Source: the human T2T-CHM13v2.0 reference genome, Homo sapiens. Taken from it: a DNA stretch of 64,000 bases. Positions 15,990 through 30,500 of this stretch are shown here, one piece after another; position 1 is the first letter of the stretch; each line of letters opens with the position of its first letter. Position numbers and translations under genes: made by a program. Where the stretch lies: assembly GCF_009914755.1 (NCBI RefSeq), contig NC_060934.1. One strand, written 5' to 3'. The notes under the pieces are model-generated. The model was not told the origin of the DNA and did no database searches. It was given only the letters and a program-made list of their open reading frames with translations.

Positions 15990-18900
15990 TTTATTTTTAT
16001 GTAATTCATTTTTTTATTTTTTATTTACTTTTTTAGTATTTAAAAAAATTCTGTGGGTACATAGTAGATGATGTATGTATTTATGGGGTACATGGGATGT
16101 TTTGAAATAGCCATGCAATGTGAAATAAGCACATCATGAAGAATGGGGTATCTATCCCCCAAGCATTTATCATTTCAGTTACAGAGAATCCAATTTCATT
16201 CTTTACATTATTTTAAAATATAGAATTAAGTTATTATTGAGTATAGTCTCCCTACTTTTCTATCAAATAGTAGTTCTTATTCATTCTTTCTATTTTTGGC
16301 ACACATAAACTATCCCTACCTTTCCTCGAGTCCCTCACCACCATTGCCAGCCTCTGGTAACCATCCTTCTACTCTCTATGTTCAATCAGTTCAATTGATT
16401 TGATTTTTAGATATCACAAATAAATGAGAATATGTGATGTTTGTCTTTCTGTGCTTGGTTTATTTTGCTTAACATAACAATCTCCAGTTCCATCCATGTT
16501 GCTGCAAATGACTGGATGTCACTCTTTTTAATGGTTAAAAAGTACTTCATTGTGTGTGTATATATATACCACGTTTTCTTTATCCATTCATCTGTTGATG
16601 GACACTTAGGTTACTTCCAGATCTAGAATAGTGTAAGCAGTGCTGCAGCAAAAATGGGAGTGCAGCTATCTCTTCAATATTCTGATTTCCTTTTCCTTGG
16701 GTATATACCCAGCAGTAGGATTGCTGGATCATAGGGTAGCTCTATTTTTGTTTCTGTTTTTGTTTTCTTTTTTTTTTTTTTTTTTTTTGAGGAATCTCTA
16801 AACTGTTCTCCATAGTGCTTGTACTAATTTACATTCTCACCAACAGTGTACCTGGGTGTCCTTTTGTACACATTCTCACCAGCATTTGTTATTGCCTGTC
16901 TTTTGGATATAAGCCATTTTAACTGGGGTGAGGTAATATTGTAGTTTTGATTTTCATTTCTCTGATGATAATTGACATTGAGCACCTTTTCATATGCCTG
17001 TTGTCCATTTGTATTTCTTTTTTTGAGAAATGTCTATTCAAAACTTTTGCAAATTTTTAGATGGGATTATTAGATTTTTTTTCTATAGAGATGTTTGAGC
17101 TCCTTGCATATTCTCATTGTTAATCCCTTGCCAGATGAATAGCTTGCAAATATTTTCTCCCATTCTGTGGGTTGTCCCTTCACTTTGTTGATTGTATTCT
17201 TTGCAGTGCAAAAGATTTTTAACTTGATGTGATACCATTTGTCCATGTTTGCTTTGGTTCCCTGTGCTTGCGGGGTATTGCTGAAGAAATCTTTGCCCAG
17301 ATAAATGTCATGGAGATTGTCTTAAACGCTTTCTTGTAGTAGTTTCATAATTTGAGGTCTTAAATTTAAGTCTTTAATCTATTTTGATTTGATTTTTGTA
17401 TATGGCAAGAGATAGGGGTCTAGTTTCATTCTTTTGCATATGGCTATCCAGTTTTCTCAGCACCACTTATTGTAGAGACTGTCTTTCACCCCAGGTATGT
17501 TCTTGGCACCTTTATCAAAAAGGAGTTTGCTGTAGGAGAGTGGATTTATTTCTGGGTTCTCTATTCTGCTCCATTGATCTATGTGTCTGTTTTTATACCA
17601 GTGCCATGCTGTTTGGGTTACTATAGCTCTGCAGTATAATTTGAAATCAAGTAATGTTATTTTGCTTAGAATAGCTTTGGCTATTCTGGGTCTTTTATGG
17701 TTCTATATAAATTTTAGAATTTTTTTTCTATTTCTGTGAAGACTGTCATTGGTATTGTTATAGGAATTGCATTGAATCTGTAGCAATGCAAGGAACTGCA
17801 TGCTTTGGGCAGTATATTTTAACAATATATATTTTTACAAAATGGGTTCTCCCAATCAATGAACATGAAATTTTTTTCACTTTTTTGTGTCCTCTTCAAT
17901 TTCCTTCATCAACGTCTTATAGTTTTTAGTATAGAGATCTTTTACTTCTTTTGTTAATTCCTAGCTACTTAATTTTCTGTGTGGCTATCATAAATGAGAT
18001 TACTATTTTTTCTTTTTCACATTGTTTACTGTTAGCATAAAGAAATGTTACTAAGTTTTATATCTTGACTTTGTATCCTGCAACTTTACTAAATTTGTTT
18101 ATCACTTCTAATAGTTTTCTTGTGGAGTCTTTAGGTTTTTCCCAATATAAGATGTATCATCTGCAAACAAGAATAATTTGACTTTTTTTTCCAACTTGGA
18201 TGCCTTTGATATTTTTCTTTTGTCTGATTGCTCTAGCTCAGACTTCCAGTAATATGTTGAATAACTATGGTGAAAATGGGCATCCTCATCTTGTTCCAGA
18301 TCTTAGAACAAAAGCTTTCTGTCTTTTCCCATTCAGTATGTACTAGTTGTGGGTCTGTCATATGTGCTTTTTATTATGTTGAGGTATGTTTCTTCTATTC
18401 CAAATTTTTTGAGAGTCTTTATCATGAAGGGATGTTAAATTTTATCAAATGCTTTTCAGCATCAATTAAATGATCATATTGTTTTTATTCTTCATTCTGT
18501 TGAAACAATGTATTACACTGATTGATTTGCATATGTTGAACCATTTTTGCCTCTCAGGAATAAATCCCACTTGGTCATGATGGACATTTGTAATGTACTG
18601 TTGAATTCAGTTTGCTAGTATTTTGTTGAAGATTTTTGCATCAATGTTTAACAGTGATATTGCTCTGTAGTTGTTTTCATATGAATCTTTGGTTGGTTCT
18701 GGTATCAGGATAATACTGGCTTCCTGGAATGACTTTGAAAGTATTCCCTCTTCCTCTATTTTTTGTAATAGCTTGAGTAGGACTGGTATTACTTCATCTT
18801 TAAATGTTTGGTAATATTCAGCAGTGAAGACATCAGGTCCTGGGCTTTTCTTTATGGGAAAACTTTTTATCCTGACATTGATGTTATTACCTGTTGCTGG

Positions 18901-19639
18901 TCTGTTCAGGTTTTGGATTTCTTCCTAATTCCATCTTGGTAGGCTGTTTGTATCTAGGAATTTTTCCATTTCTTTTAGATTTTTAAATTTATTGGCATGT
19001 AGTTGCTCATAGTAGTCACTAATGATCTCTTGAATTTCTGAAGTATCAGTTGTAATGTTTCCTTTTTCATTTCGGACTTTGTCTATTTGGATCTTATCTC
19101 TTTTTTTTGTTAGTCTGGGTAAAGGTTTGTCAATTTTGTTTAAGTTTTCAAAAAAAACAACTTTTTGTTTCATTGATTTTTTTGTAATTTTGTAATTTTA
19201 GCTTTATTTATTTCTGCCTTGATATTTACCATTTCTTTTCTTCTATTAATTTTGGGTTTGGTTTTCTCTTTTTTAGTTCTTTAAGATGTATTGTTAGATT
19301 GTTTATTTGAAGTTTTTTCTCTTTTCTGATGTAGGCACTTAATAGCTACAAACTTCCCTCTTAGTACTGCTTTTGCTGTAACCCATAGGTTTTGGTATAA
19401 TGTGTTTCCAATAACATTTCCTTCAAAAAATTTTTGAATTTCCTCCTTAATTTGCTCATTGACCCACTGGTCATTCGGGAGCATATTGTCTAATTTACAT
19501 GTATTTGTATAGTTTTCTAAATTCCTCGTTATTAATTTCTAGTTTTATTCCGTTGTGGTCAGAGAAGATGCTTATTTTTTCAATTTTTTGAACATTTTAA
19601 GACTTGTTTTGGTACATAACATGTGGTCTATTCTTAGAG
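15990..19639 (-). mobile_element. 5'-truncated L1MA2-like element
   Basis: Characteristic 3'UTR (GTGGGTACATAGTAG…ATGGGGTACATG…GCACATCATGAAGAATGGGGTATC) plus decayed ORF2. Possible short TSD ACTTTATT. Confidence 0.85.
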
Positions 19640-19974
19640 GAGACTTTATTAAACAAACTTATAGCACATAAGGACCACAATATACAAACCTGAATGGGAG
19701 ATGGAATTCAGTGAGCATAAGGACCTATGTATCATTAGGATGATATACATTGCTAGATAACTAATGCAATGCTTGTGCAAAGGTATGTACTGTAGAGATA
19801 TTAACATATTTATTTTAATTTTTTATCATATTTATTTTAAATTGGTCAGCATAATTATTCTAAGCTGTTTTATAAGGAAAAATTGAGTTTTTGTCAAGAC
19901 TCCACTTACACAATGTTTAACCCTCAGGTTTTCAGGGACTCTGATAATTCACAGAGAATGTTCACTCCCATTAT

Positions 19975-20125
19975 ATCACTTTTGATTCTCTCAATTATCT
20001 TCACCTATGGTAAAATCATCCCCATTTTAAAGATGAGGATATCAAGACTCAGGGACTTATCATCTGTGCCAAGAACATGGTGTCTGCAAGTTGTAGAGCA
20101 GAGGCTAGTACCCATAACCTTTGCA
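19975..20125 (-). mobile_element. MIR SINE fragment
   Basis: Core ATCCCCATTTTAAAGATGAGGA…ACTCAG. Confidence 0.6.
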
Positions 20126-20554
20126 CCTCAAAAACTTCTCTCTAAGCAAATTATTCAGTTCAACATTCATGAATGTGTACTGTGATACACCATTTCATTA
20201 TTTCCTCTAATCAGCGACTTTCAAAATAAACATTGAGTTAATCATTGCAGCACCAGTTGATTAAAAAGGGGGTCAAGAAAGTTTGATTTTGTAACCTTTT
20301 GAACTTGCATGAACCCAGGTCTTAGTGAACTTTTTATACTAGAACAAAGATAAGCCGCAATTTGATGCCTGATTCACATTGCTCTAAACTCTGAAAGAAA
20401 CACACTCCTTTATTATGGTTAAAATGAACACTGGCTGTCTTTAGATCATCTGCTTTATTCCCTAAGAGATGCAGGTCTCTACTCTCCTCTTCCTTCCTAT
20501 CATAAGACTCCCACCTGTATCATTTTATAAAATGAGAGAATTACAGATAATTAA

Positions 20555-20712
20555 AGATAGAAGGAACCTCAGCAACCCACTCTTCTAATTCCCTACTTTA
20601 TCGTTAAGAGTAAGGAACTCATGGCTCAGTGAGGTGATGCGTTACCTATGAATGAGAAGAAGACATTTTTTTCAAATCCAGGTTTCCAATTCCCTGTTCA
20701 GTGACTTTTCAC
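20555..20712 (-). mobile_element. MIR-family fragment
   Basis: GGCTCAGTGAGGTGA…ATCCAGGTTTCC…TCAGTGACTTTTC. Diverged. Confidence 0.45.
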
Positions 20713-20810
20713 ATCAATAAGATTTTCCATCATTGCCTAAATGAATGGACAAGATGTCATCAGCATGAAGTGCTCCACAAAAAGAATCATAAACCTTGCT
20801 TGACAAGAGG

Positions 20811-23800
20811 TTTTTTTTTGGTTTAAATTTTATTTTAAGTTCCAGGATACATGTGCAGAACGTCCAGGTGTGTTACATCTGGGTAAACATGTGCCATAGT
20901 GGTTTACTGCACATATGAACCCATAACCTATGTATTAAGCCCCACATACATTAGTTTTATTCTGATACTCTCCCTCTCCCCACCGCCCCGACAGGCTTCA
21001 GTGTGTGTTTTTCACTTCTCTGCATCCATATGTTCACATTGTTCTGCTCCCACTTATGAGTGAGAACATGTGTGTTTGTTTTTCTGTTCCTGTGTTAGTG
21101 TGCTGAGGATAATGGCTTCCAGCTTCATGCATGTCCCTGCAAAGGACATGATCTCTTTGCTTTTTATGGCTGCATAGTATTCCATGATATATATGTACCA
21201 CATTTTATTTATCCACCCTATCTTTGATGGGCATTTGGGTTGATTCCATATATTTGCTATTGTGAATAGTGCTGCAGTAAACATATGTGTGCATGTGTCT
21301 TTATAATAGAATGATTTATATTCCTTTGGGTATGTGCCCAGTAATGGGATTGCTGGGTCAAATGGTACTTGTGGTTCTAGATCCTTGAGGAATTGCCACA
21401 CTGTCTTCCACAATAGTTGAACTAATTTACCTTCCCATCAACAGTGTAAAAGCATTCCTATTTCTCCACAGCCTCACCAGCATCTTTGTTTCTTGACTTG
21501 ATATGAGTGGCATGAGGTGGTATCTCATTGTGGTTTTGATTTGTATTTCTCTAATGATCACTGATGTTGAGCTTTTTTTCATATGTTTGTTGGTTGCATA
21601 AATGTCTTCTTTTAGGAAATGTCTGTTTATGTCCTTTGCCCACTTTTGCATGGGTTTTTTTTCTTACAAATTTGTTTAAGTTCCTTGTAAATTCTGGATA
21701 TTAGACCTTTGTCAGATGGGTATATTGCAAAAATTTTCTCCCATACTGTATGTTGCCTTTTGCTGTGCAGAAGCTCTTTACTTTCATTAGATTCTATTTG
21801 TCAATTTTTGCTTTTGTTGCAATTGCTTTCGGTCATTGCATTATAAAATGTTTCTCCATGCCTATGTCCTGAATGGTGTTACCTAAATTTTTTTCTAGGG
21901 TTTTTATAGTTTTGGGTTTTACATTTAAGTCTTTAATCCATCTTGAGTTAATTTTTGTACAGGGTCTAAAAATGGAATCCAATTTCAATTTTCTGCATAT
22001 AGCTAGCCAGTTCTCTCAGCACCATTTATTAAATATGGAATACTTTACCCTTTGCTTGCTTTTGTCAGGTTTGTTGAAGATCAGATGGTTGTAGATGTGT
22101 GGTCTTATTTCTGAGATCTCTATTCTGTTCCATTGGTCTATATGTCTGTTTTGGTACCAGTGCCATGCTGTTTTGGTTAATATAGCCTTGTAATATAGTT
22201 TGAAGTCAGGTAGTGTGATGCCTTCAGCTTTGTTCTTTTTGTTTAGGATTGTCTTGGTTATACAGGCTCTTTTTTGGTTCCATATGAATTTTAAATTCGA
22301 TTTTTCTAATTTTGTGAAGAATGTCAATAATAGTTTGATGGGAATAGCATTAAATCTATAAATCATTTTGAGCAGTATGGCCATTTTCATGACATTAATT
22401 CTTCCGATCCATGAAAATGAAGTGTTTTTCTGTTTCTATGTTTCCTATCTTATTTCCTTGAGCAGTGGTTTGTAGTTCTCCTTGAAGAGGCACTTCACAT
22501 ACCCTTTTAGCTCTATTCCTAGGTATTTTATTCTCTCTGTAGTAATTGTGAATGACAGTTCATTCATGATTTGTTGCTCTGCTTGTCTACTGTTGGTGTA
22601 TGGGAATGCTTGTGATTTTTGCACGTTGATTTTGTATAATGAGACTTTGCTGAAGTTGCTTATCAGTTTAAGGAGCTTTTGGGCTGAGTCTGAGGATTAT
22701 GTTGTTCAATTTCCATGTAGTTGTATGGTCTTGAGTACTAATTCGATTGCACTGTGGTCTGAGAAACTGTTAGAATTTCAGTTCTTTTGCATTCGCTGAG
22801 GAGTGTTTTACTTCCAATTATATGATCAATTTTAGAGTAAGTGCCATGTGACACTGAGAACAATGTATATTCTGTTGTCTTGGGGTGGAGAGTTCTGTAG
22901 ACACCTATCAGGCCCACTTGATCCAGAGCTTCCAGAGCTCAGTTCAAGTCCTAAATATCATTAATTTTCTGTCTCAATCTGTCTAATATTGACAGCAGGG
23001 TATTAAAGTCTCCCACTTTTATTGTATGGGAATCTAAGCCTCTTTGTGGGTCTCTAAGAACTTGTTTTGTGAATCTGGTTGCTCCTGTATCAGGTGCATA
23101 TATATTTAGGATAATTATGTTTTCTTGTTGAATTAATCTATTACAATTATGTAATGCCCTTTGTCTTTTTTTCTTCATTGGTTTAAAGTCTGTTTTGTCA
23201 GAAACTAGGATTGCAACCCTTGCTCTTTTTTCTGCTTTCCATTTGCTTTGTAAATTTTTCTCCATCATTTTATTTTGAGCCTGTGTGTGTTTTTGCATGT
23301 GAGATGGGTCTCTTGAATACAGCACACCAATGAGTCTTGACCCTATCCAATTTGCCAGTCTGTGTCTTTTAATTGGAGCATTTAGCCCATTTACATTTAA
23401 AGTTAATATTGTTATGTGTGAATTTGATCCTATCATGATTCTAGCTGGTTATTTTGCACACTAGTTAATGCAGTTTTTTTATAGTGTAATTGGTCTTTGT
23501 ATTTCAGTGTGTTTTTGTAGTGGCTGGTACCAATTTTTTCTTTCCATGTTTAGTGCTTCCTTCAGGAGCTCTTGCAAGGTAAGCCTGGTGGTGATAAATT
23601 CCCTCAGCATTTGCTGTCTGAAGAGGATTTTATTTCTCCTTTGCTTATAAAGCTTAGTTTGACTGGATATGAAATTCTTGGTTGAAAATTCTTTTCTTTA
23701 AGAATGTTGCATTTTAGCTGCCACTCTCTTCTGGCTTGTAGGGTTTCTGCTGAGATGCCCACTATTAGTCTGATGGGCTTTCCTTTGTAGGTGACCTGGC

Positions 23801-25905
23801 CTTTCTCTCTGGCTGCACTTAACATTTTTTCCTTCATTTCAATCTTGGAAAGTCTGATAATTATGTGTCTTGGGGCTGATCTTCTCATGGAGTATCTTAC
23901 TGTGGTCCCCTGTATTTCCTGAATTTGAATGTTTACCTCTCTTGATAGGTTGGGGAGGTTCTCCTGGATGATATCCTGAAGTGTGTTTTTTAACTTGGTT
24001 CCATTCGCCCCGTCTCTTTTAGGTACTCCAATCAGTTGTAGGTTCAGTCTTTTTACATAGTCTCATAGTTCTTGGAGGTTTTGTTCATTCCTTTTCATTC
24101 TTTTTTCTCTAATCTTGTCTGTCTGCCTTAATTCAGCAAGATAGTCTTCAAGCTCTGATATTTTTTCTTCCATTTGATCAATTCAGCTATTGATACTTGT
24201 TTTTGCATTATGAAGTTCTTGCGCTTTATTTTTCAGCTCCATCAGGTCATTTATCTTTCTCTCTAAACTGGTTATTCTAGTTAACAGCTCCTATAACCTT
24301 TTATTATGTTTCTTAGCTTCTTTGCATCGGCTTAGAACATGCTCCTTTACCTCAGTAAAGTTTGTTACCACCCACCTTCTAAAGCCTACTTCTGTCAATT
24401 TGTCCATCTCAACCCCTGTCCAGATCTGTGCCTTTGCTGGGGAGGTGTTTCAATCATTTGGAGAAGAGGCACTCTGGCTTTTTGAGTTTTCAGCATTTTT
24501 TCATTGATTCTTTCTCATCTTCATGAGTTTGTCCAGTTTTGATCTTTGAGGCTGCTGACCTTTGGATGAGGTTTTTGTGGGGACTTTTTTGTTGATGCTG
24601 TTGTTGTTGCTTTCTGTTTGTTTTTCTTTCGATAGTTAGGTCCCTTTTCTATAAGCCTGCAGCAGTTTGCTGGGGGTCCATTTCCTGCCATATTCATCTG
24701 GGTCTCTCCAGCGCATGGTGATGTGACACAAGGAGGCTGGAGAACAGCAAAGATGGGTGCCTATTCCTTCCTCTGGTATGTCTGACATCAAGGGGCATCA
24801 ACCTGATGTCAGTAGACACACTCCAGTATAGGATGTCTGGTGACCCCTGTTGTGGTGTCTCACCCAGTTGGGGTGAATGGGAACCAGGACCTGCTTAATG
24901 AAGCACTTTGATTGTCCCTTTGTGGAGGGGGTGTGCTGTGCTGTGGGAAAACCTATTCATCTGGGCTGGTTCATTCTCATCTCATGCAGATTCTTCAGAG
25001 CTAGGAGGGGGAAAGAATAAATATACTGGTCTGTGGAGACCATAGCCACCACTCCCTTTAGAGACTCAGGCCCAGGGATATCAGAGCTATGTCCGTAAGC
25101 CCCTGGCTGTAGTTGCTGGAGTTCCTACAGGGAAGCCCTGCCCACTGAGGAGGGATGGGTCAGGGTCCAGCCTAAAAAGGCAGTCTGGATAAGGTTTGCA
25201 CAGCTGGTGTGCTTCATTGTGAGGAAATACTTTTTGGAACCAAGCCAGTCTCCTCAGCTCCAGCAGGAAAAAAACATGGCCTGAGCTATAGTGATGGTTG
25301 CTGCAATCCCCCGCAAGGAGTTCAGTGTCTTAGGCAGCTAGCAGCCACAGTGGTGGCTGCCATGTCTCCCCCAGGGAGTTCAGTTTTCTTAGGCAGGCAG
25401 TAGCTGCATTGATGGCTGCCACCCCTCCCCCAGGGAGTTCAAATGGCTTAGACAACAGGGAGCTGCAGTGATGATGGCTGCCCCTCCTTCTGGGAACTTG
25501 GTAATCTTAGGCAGATTCCAGCTGAGTTGCTGTTGAGAATCTGTGTAGTTCTATGGTTGAGACCCAAGGCCCTGGTAGTGTGGGATCACAAGTGGGGTCT
25601 TCTGAACTGTGGGTTATACAGACCAATGGAAAAAGCACTGTTTCACAGGCTGGGTAGCTTGCTCACTCACCACTTCCCTTCGTTGGGAGTTGGGGTTCTC
25701 CTTGCCCCATGTAGCTCTCAGGTGGGGCAACCTACCACCCTGCTTTTCCTGGCTCTCCATGGGTGATGCCAACTGCTTAGTCAATTCTGATGATAGAACC
25801 TGGATACCTTGGTTGCTGATGCAAGATTCTCATGCTGTTTTTATTCTTCTGGTTGGGAGCCTCTGACTGCCGTTGTTTCTATTTGGACATCTTGGCTCCA
25901 CCCCC
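20811..25905 (-). mobile_element. Full-span L1 (L1PA8A/L1PA10-like) with a ~1.4 kb internal ORF2 deletion
   Basis: Minus-strand start GGGGGTGGAGCCAAGATG…GAGGCTCCC. ORF1, the EN domain ([19 protein letters not shown]) and the 3'UTR are present. The sequence jumps from the end of EN to post-FADD RT at about 22690. Confidence 0.9.
25283..25525. repeat. ~59-bp tandem repeat, four copies, in the L1 5'UTR
   Basis: Unit approximately AGCTGCAGTGATGGCTGCC…CCCCAGGGAGTTCAG…CTTAGGCAG, repeated four times. Confidence 0.8.
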
Positions 25906-25919
25906 TGTCAAGTTGTTTA

Positions 25920-26083
25920 TTTTTAAATAACCATTTCCATTGAAGAATAAAATACATAGAGATTGTTGCATATGTCCTAAATATATGGCTCAATGAATTA
26001 TCGCAAAGCAAATATATCTGTTTAGCCAACAAACAGGCCAAGAAAAAAATAATCCCAGGACCACAGAAGCTCCCTTATGCTTC
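25920..26083 (-). mobile_element. L1ME/L1MD-type 3' end fragment
   Basis: CTCAATGAATTATCGCAAAG…CAAGAAA…CCACAGAAGCTCCC pattern of old L1 3'UTRs. Confidence 0.6.
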
Positions 26084-26738
26084 CTGTTAATACTTGTGGT
26101 TGCATTATGAAATTTTTGTGTGTATATCTCAGCTCTATCAGATCATGTTGGTTCTTTTTTTTATAGTGGATATTTTGTCCATCAGTTTCTGTATTATTTT
26201 ATTGTAATCCTTATATTCTTTGGATTGGGTGTTGACTGTATCCTGAATCTCAATGATGTTTATTCCTATCCATATTATAAATTGTATATGTGTCAATTCA
26301 GCCATTTCAGCCTGGTTAAGAACCCTTGCTGAGAATTAGTGTGGTTGTTTGGAGAAAAAAAAGATACTCTGGCTTTTTGAATTTCCAGAGTTTTTGGAAA
26401 CTCTGGTTCTTTCTCATCTGTGTGGGCTGGTATTCCTTTAACTGCAGTGTAAATTGAGCACAGTCAGTAGACTTCTTTTCTGAATGTTTTAACAGGGCCA
26501 ATGCTTTGTGCAGAGTCTTATTTGCAGCTGAAAATTTGTCCTTGGATTCACAGGGGGTATTTTAGCAAAGTATTTTTGGTGTTGAAGTTTTGGACTGTGA
26601 CCCCTTGATGGAACTGAAGTGTGATCGTCAGTAGGCAGATTCTTGCTTGGCCACATGGCTTCTCTGTATTTCCTCATGATTGCAGCCATGCTCCCTCTCA
26701 CTGCTCTAAAAGTGTGGGCTTCTCTCCCAATTGAGAGT
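26084..26738 (-). mobile_element. L1PB/L1P4-type 5'UTR-ORF1 fragment
   Basis: Minus-strand …PTQMRKNQ… ORF1 start and CTCTGGCTTTTTGAATT tract. No 3' part present. Confidence 0.65.
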
Positions 26739-27541
26739 TTAATATGAAAGCAACAATTTTTTTTTGAGAAAAACTTATATTCCCTGCTTGACTTGCCATT
26801 AAGGAATAATTTTAGGTCTAGGTCATCTTTTATAATTTGTGATATGATTGGGAGAAATACATTATTCTGTGGCTAGAGTAACTTCAGTGTTAACCTTGGC
26901 TAAATCTCTCCTGCAATTATTAATTCTTTCAAGACTTCCACAGACCATCTAGAAAATGCTTAAACTTTCTCACTTGTCCTAAACATGCCGCTTTTTAAAC
27001 AATCAGTTATTCTCTTTAGGACAAGAATTTACCTCCCCTAAAATATCCTTTCTTATATAAAATCTCTTTCCTTTATAACCTTCTTTGCATAGCTATGGTG
27101 GCCAAACTCAATAAAAAATTCTAGCAGACTCAGTGATAGTAAAAGTTTTGTGCTTCCTTTTTGTTGGTAAATATTATCTCTGCTATAAGGATAATAATTA
27201 AGCAAAATACTACAACAATAGAAACTGTCTGATTTTCTAGTTAGAAGGTGCTACAGTATATAGTCACACTGCAAATAGTAGAGCAAGTACAGCAATTCCT
27301 GAAAGTGTGGTGTAGTAGATAATTTACATTTAAAATTTTACTCACCAAGACATAACATTTCCCTTTGGGTGTCTATGAAGTTACAAATGCAATTCCATGA
27401 ATAATTAAAAATCTCCCTGCAAGTATGCATCAAAATATGTTTTAAAACCTGGTAGTGACTCTCAAGAGGAAAAGTAGAAATGACTAAATGTATCTGGTAA
27501 GGTAAACATGGGACTAAGTAGGATGAGTAGCCCTTACTCAT

Positions 27542-30500
27542 TTACTTATCTTTTATGATTTTCAGCTTGAAATCTCCTAGTTCTTCACATTAATCTCCAG
27601 GACATTCCTCTAGGTTGTCAGGGGTTGCTCTCTTGGTTTTCCAGGCTTTGACTTTAGTATGATGTATCCAGGAGCTGATATCTGTAACTTCTACTGTGGA
27701 GGGGATTGAAAGAAGAGCAATTCAGGGCCCTTCCTAGATTAGGCATAGGGAAGTAGAGAGGGAAGGGAGAGCTTTTACCAACACCAAATCTTCTGAGTTA
27801 AATAAAGGTGGTCCTGTTTCTTGCGGTTGGGCTTCTGCTAGTTGAGTTAATTTTCACAGTAAAGCCATGGGAAGAATAGTGACCCAAGGAAGGTGGGTTT
27901 CATGAGACAGTTTCCTGAGATGTCTTTTGATGATATCACTTGTCTTCTCTACCTTTCCTGAGGACTGAGGTCTCCAAGCACAATGGAGATTATACTGTAT
28001 GTCTAGTGCCTTTGAGATGCCCTGTGTGACTGCTGCCTTAAATGAGGGGCTGTTGTCACTTAGAGGTACTTAGGTAGACAAAACAAGGAATAATTTCATT
28101 AATTAACACTTTTATTACCTCAGGATTTTTCTGTATGGCATGGAAGTGCTTCTACCTAGTTAGTGGAAATATCTACCAATACCAGGAGGTATTGGATGCC
28201 CTTCATCTTTGGCATGTAGGTGAAGTCAATTTGCCAGTCCTCCCCTGGGTAGTTTCCCATCCTTTGGATTTGAGAAGGAAGGAGCCATCTGTTGAGGGAA
28301 TTATTTTTAAGACAGACTTTACAACAATTAACATCCTGTTTGACTGTTCTTAATAAGCTCTTTCCTGAAAACAATCTCTGGAAACAGTGATAAATTTTAT
28401 CCTTTCCCAAGTGAAAAGCTTGGTGAAGGAGTTTAAGGATTTTCCATTGGCTGGAGGCTGGCAAATGGAGCTTGCCATCCTGATTGTAGCCATTCTGAGG
28501 ACTGGAGAGTGTACCCTAAAGAAGTACCCCATTCCATTTCTGCAGGGGAGTACTGAGGTTTAATTTATTATGAAGCCTTCCCAGATTAAAGGGCCTTGAA
28601 GTGTGCTGATGTCCTGAGGCTTCCTTGCTGCTGACTTGGCTGCCTGATCAGCTAACATGTTTCCACTGGGTATTTTATCTACTCCTTTCTTATGTCCCTT
28701 ACACTGCATCTCTGCAAACTCTTGTGGAAGGAAAACTGTTAATTTCCTGTTGGTATTTTATAGGGGATCTATTGGCAGTACAAAAGTGTCCTTCCTTCCA
28801 AATGGCAGCATGAGCATGATGGATAACTAAGAAAGCATACTTGATGTGAGTGTAAATGTTAGCTACCTTTCCCTTACTTAATTCAAGTGCTCTTATAAGG
28901 GCTTTCAGTTCAACTAGTTGAGTGCTTAGGCCTGAAGCAAGAGATGCACTTTCAATTGCATAATTCAGAGTGATTATTGCATATCCCACCTTATGGACTC
29001 CTTGCTCCACAAAGGAGTTTCCATCCATAAAGAGGGTCCGGTCTGGATTTTCTAGGAAAGTTTCTCTGAGATCCTCCCTGGCTGCATAGGTCTGTACCAC
29101 AACCTGTTTAAGTCATGCTCAGGTTTCCCTGTTTCCTCAGGGAGAAAAGTGGCTGGGTTTAGGCAAGAGCAAGTTTTTACCTGGATGGTGGAACCCTCTA
29201 ACAAGACAGCTTGATATTTAAGGAGCTGGCTATCTGTTAGCTAAATGTTCCCTGGAGGAGAGTAATCCTGCCACATTATGTGGGGTGTAAACAGTTAAAT
29301 CCTTTCCCAGGATTAATTTGGAGGCTTCTGGGACCAGTAGGGCCACCATGGCAATATCTCAGAGGCATGCTGGCTATCCTTTAGCCACCAAATTAAATTT
29401 CTCACTCAGATAAATCTCTGGCTGTTGAGCTGTCCTCAGGCATGCATTAAAACTCCCAGGGCCATTCCCTTCCTTTCTGATACATACAGATTGAAGGCCC
29501 TATGAAAAGACTGAGGGTTGGTGCCTTAAGCAAGCCTTGTTGTAACTGGTTAAAGGCCTTTTGAGCTTCAGGTTCCCAGATTAAGAGAGGAGTTTTAGCC
29601 ACTTGAGTTTCTTTATGAGGTGATATAGAGGATAAGCTATCTCACCATACCCAGGTATCCATAGCCTGCAAAATCCTGTAATGCCCAAAAATCTTCTTAG
29701 TTGCTTTAGGGTTTTGAGGAGGGAAAAGGAAAAAATGGGCTTAATCCTTTCTTCCCCTAATGCTCTGGTCCCTTCAGACAGAACTACATCCAAGTACTTC
29801 ACTGAGATTTTGCAAAGCTGGGCCTTATATTTTGAAACCTTATATCTTCTGTTAGTTAATAAATTAAGAACTTCAGTGCTTTCCTGGGAAGCTTCCTCAG
29901 GTGGGGCACAGAGTGGTATATCATCCACATATTGCAAGACCCTGACCTGAGGATGGAAAACCTCAGAGAGGTCTTTTGATAGAGCCTGTCCAAACAAAAG
30001 AGGATTATCTCAAAATCCCTAAGCAGCGCTATCCATGTTAACTGGGCAATTTGGCCAGAGGGATCTTCAAAGACAAGCAGGTATTGAGAGTCAGGATGTG
30101 ATGGTATACAGAAAAGGCATCCTTTAAACCTAGGACTGCAAATCATTTAGTTCCCTGAGGTATTTGGGTCAGCACAGTATTAGGGAATAGGTATTACTGG
30201 ATAAATTGGGACTACCGCCTCATTAATGAGGCAGAGGTCCTGAAGTAGTCTCCATTCCCCATTGGGATTTTGCCTTCCTAATATTGGGGTGTTACAGTGT
30301 TTGAAAAGGTCCTGCATCTTCAGGTTTTTAATAATGACTTCTAGCTCTTTCCTAGCCTCTGGCTTTAGGGGGTATTGTCTTTGGTTGGGAAAATAAGTGG
30401 GATCATTAAGATGGATCTGGACTGGCCTAGTGGTTACTGCTCAACCTACTCTTCCTTGTTGCTCACACTTCTGGATTGATATTAGCTTCTACCAGGGGGA

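Noticed and set aside
26745-27540. ERV env gene
   Set aside because: No env-like ORF or motif was recognised. It is AT-rich post-pol sequence that ends without a 3' LTR.
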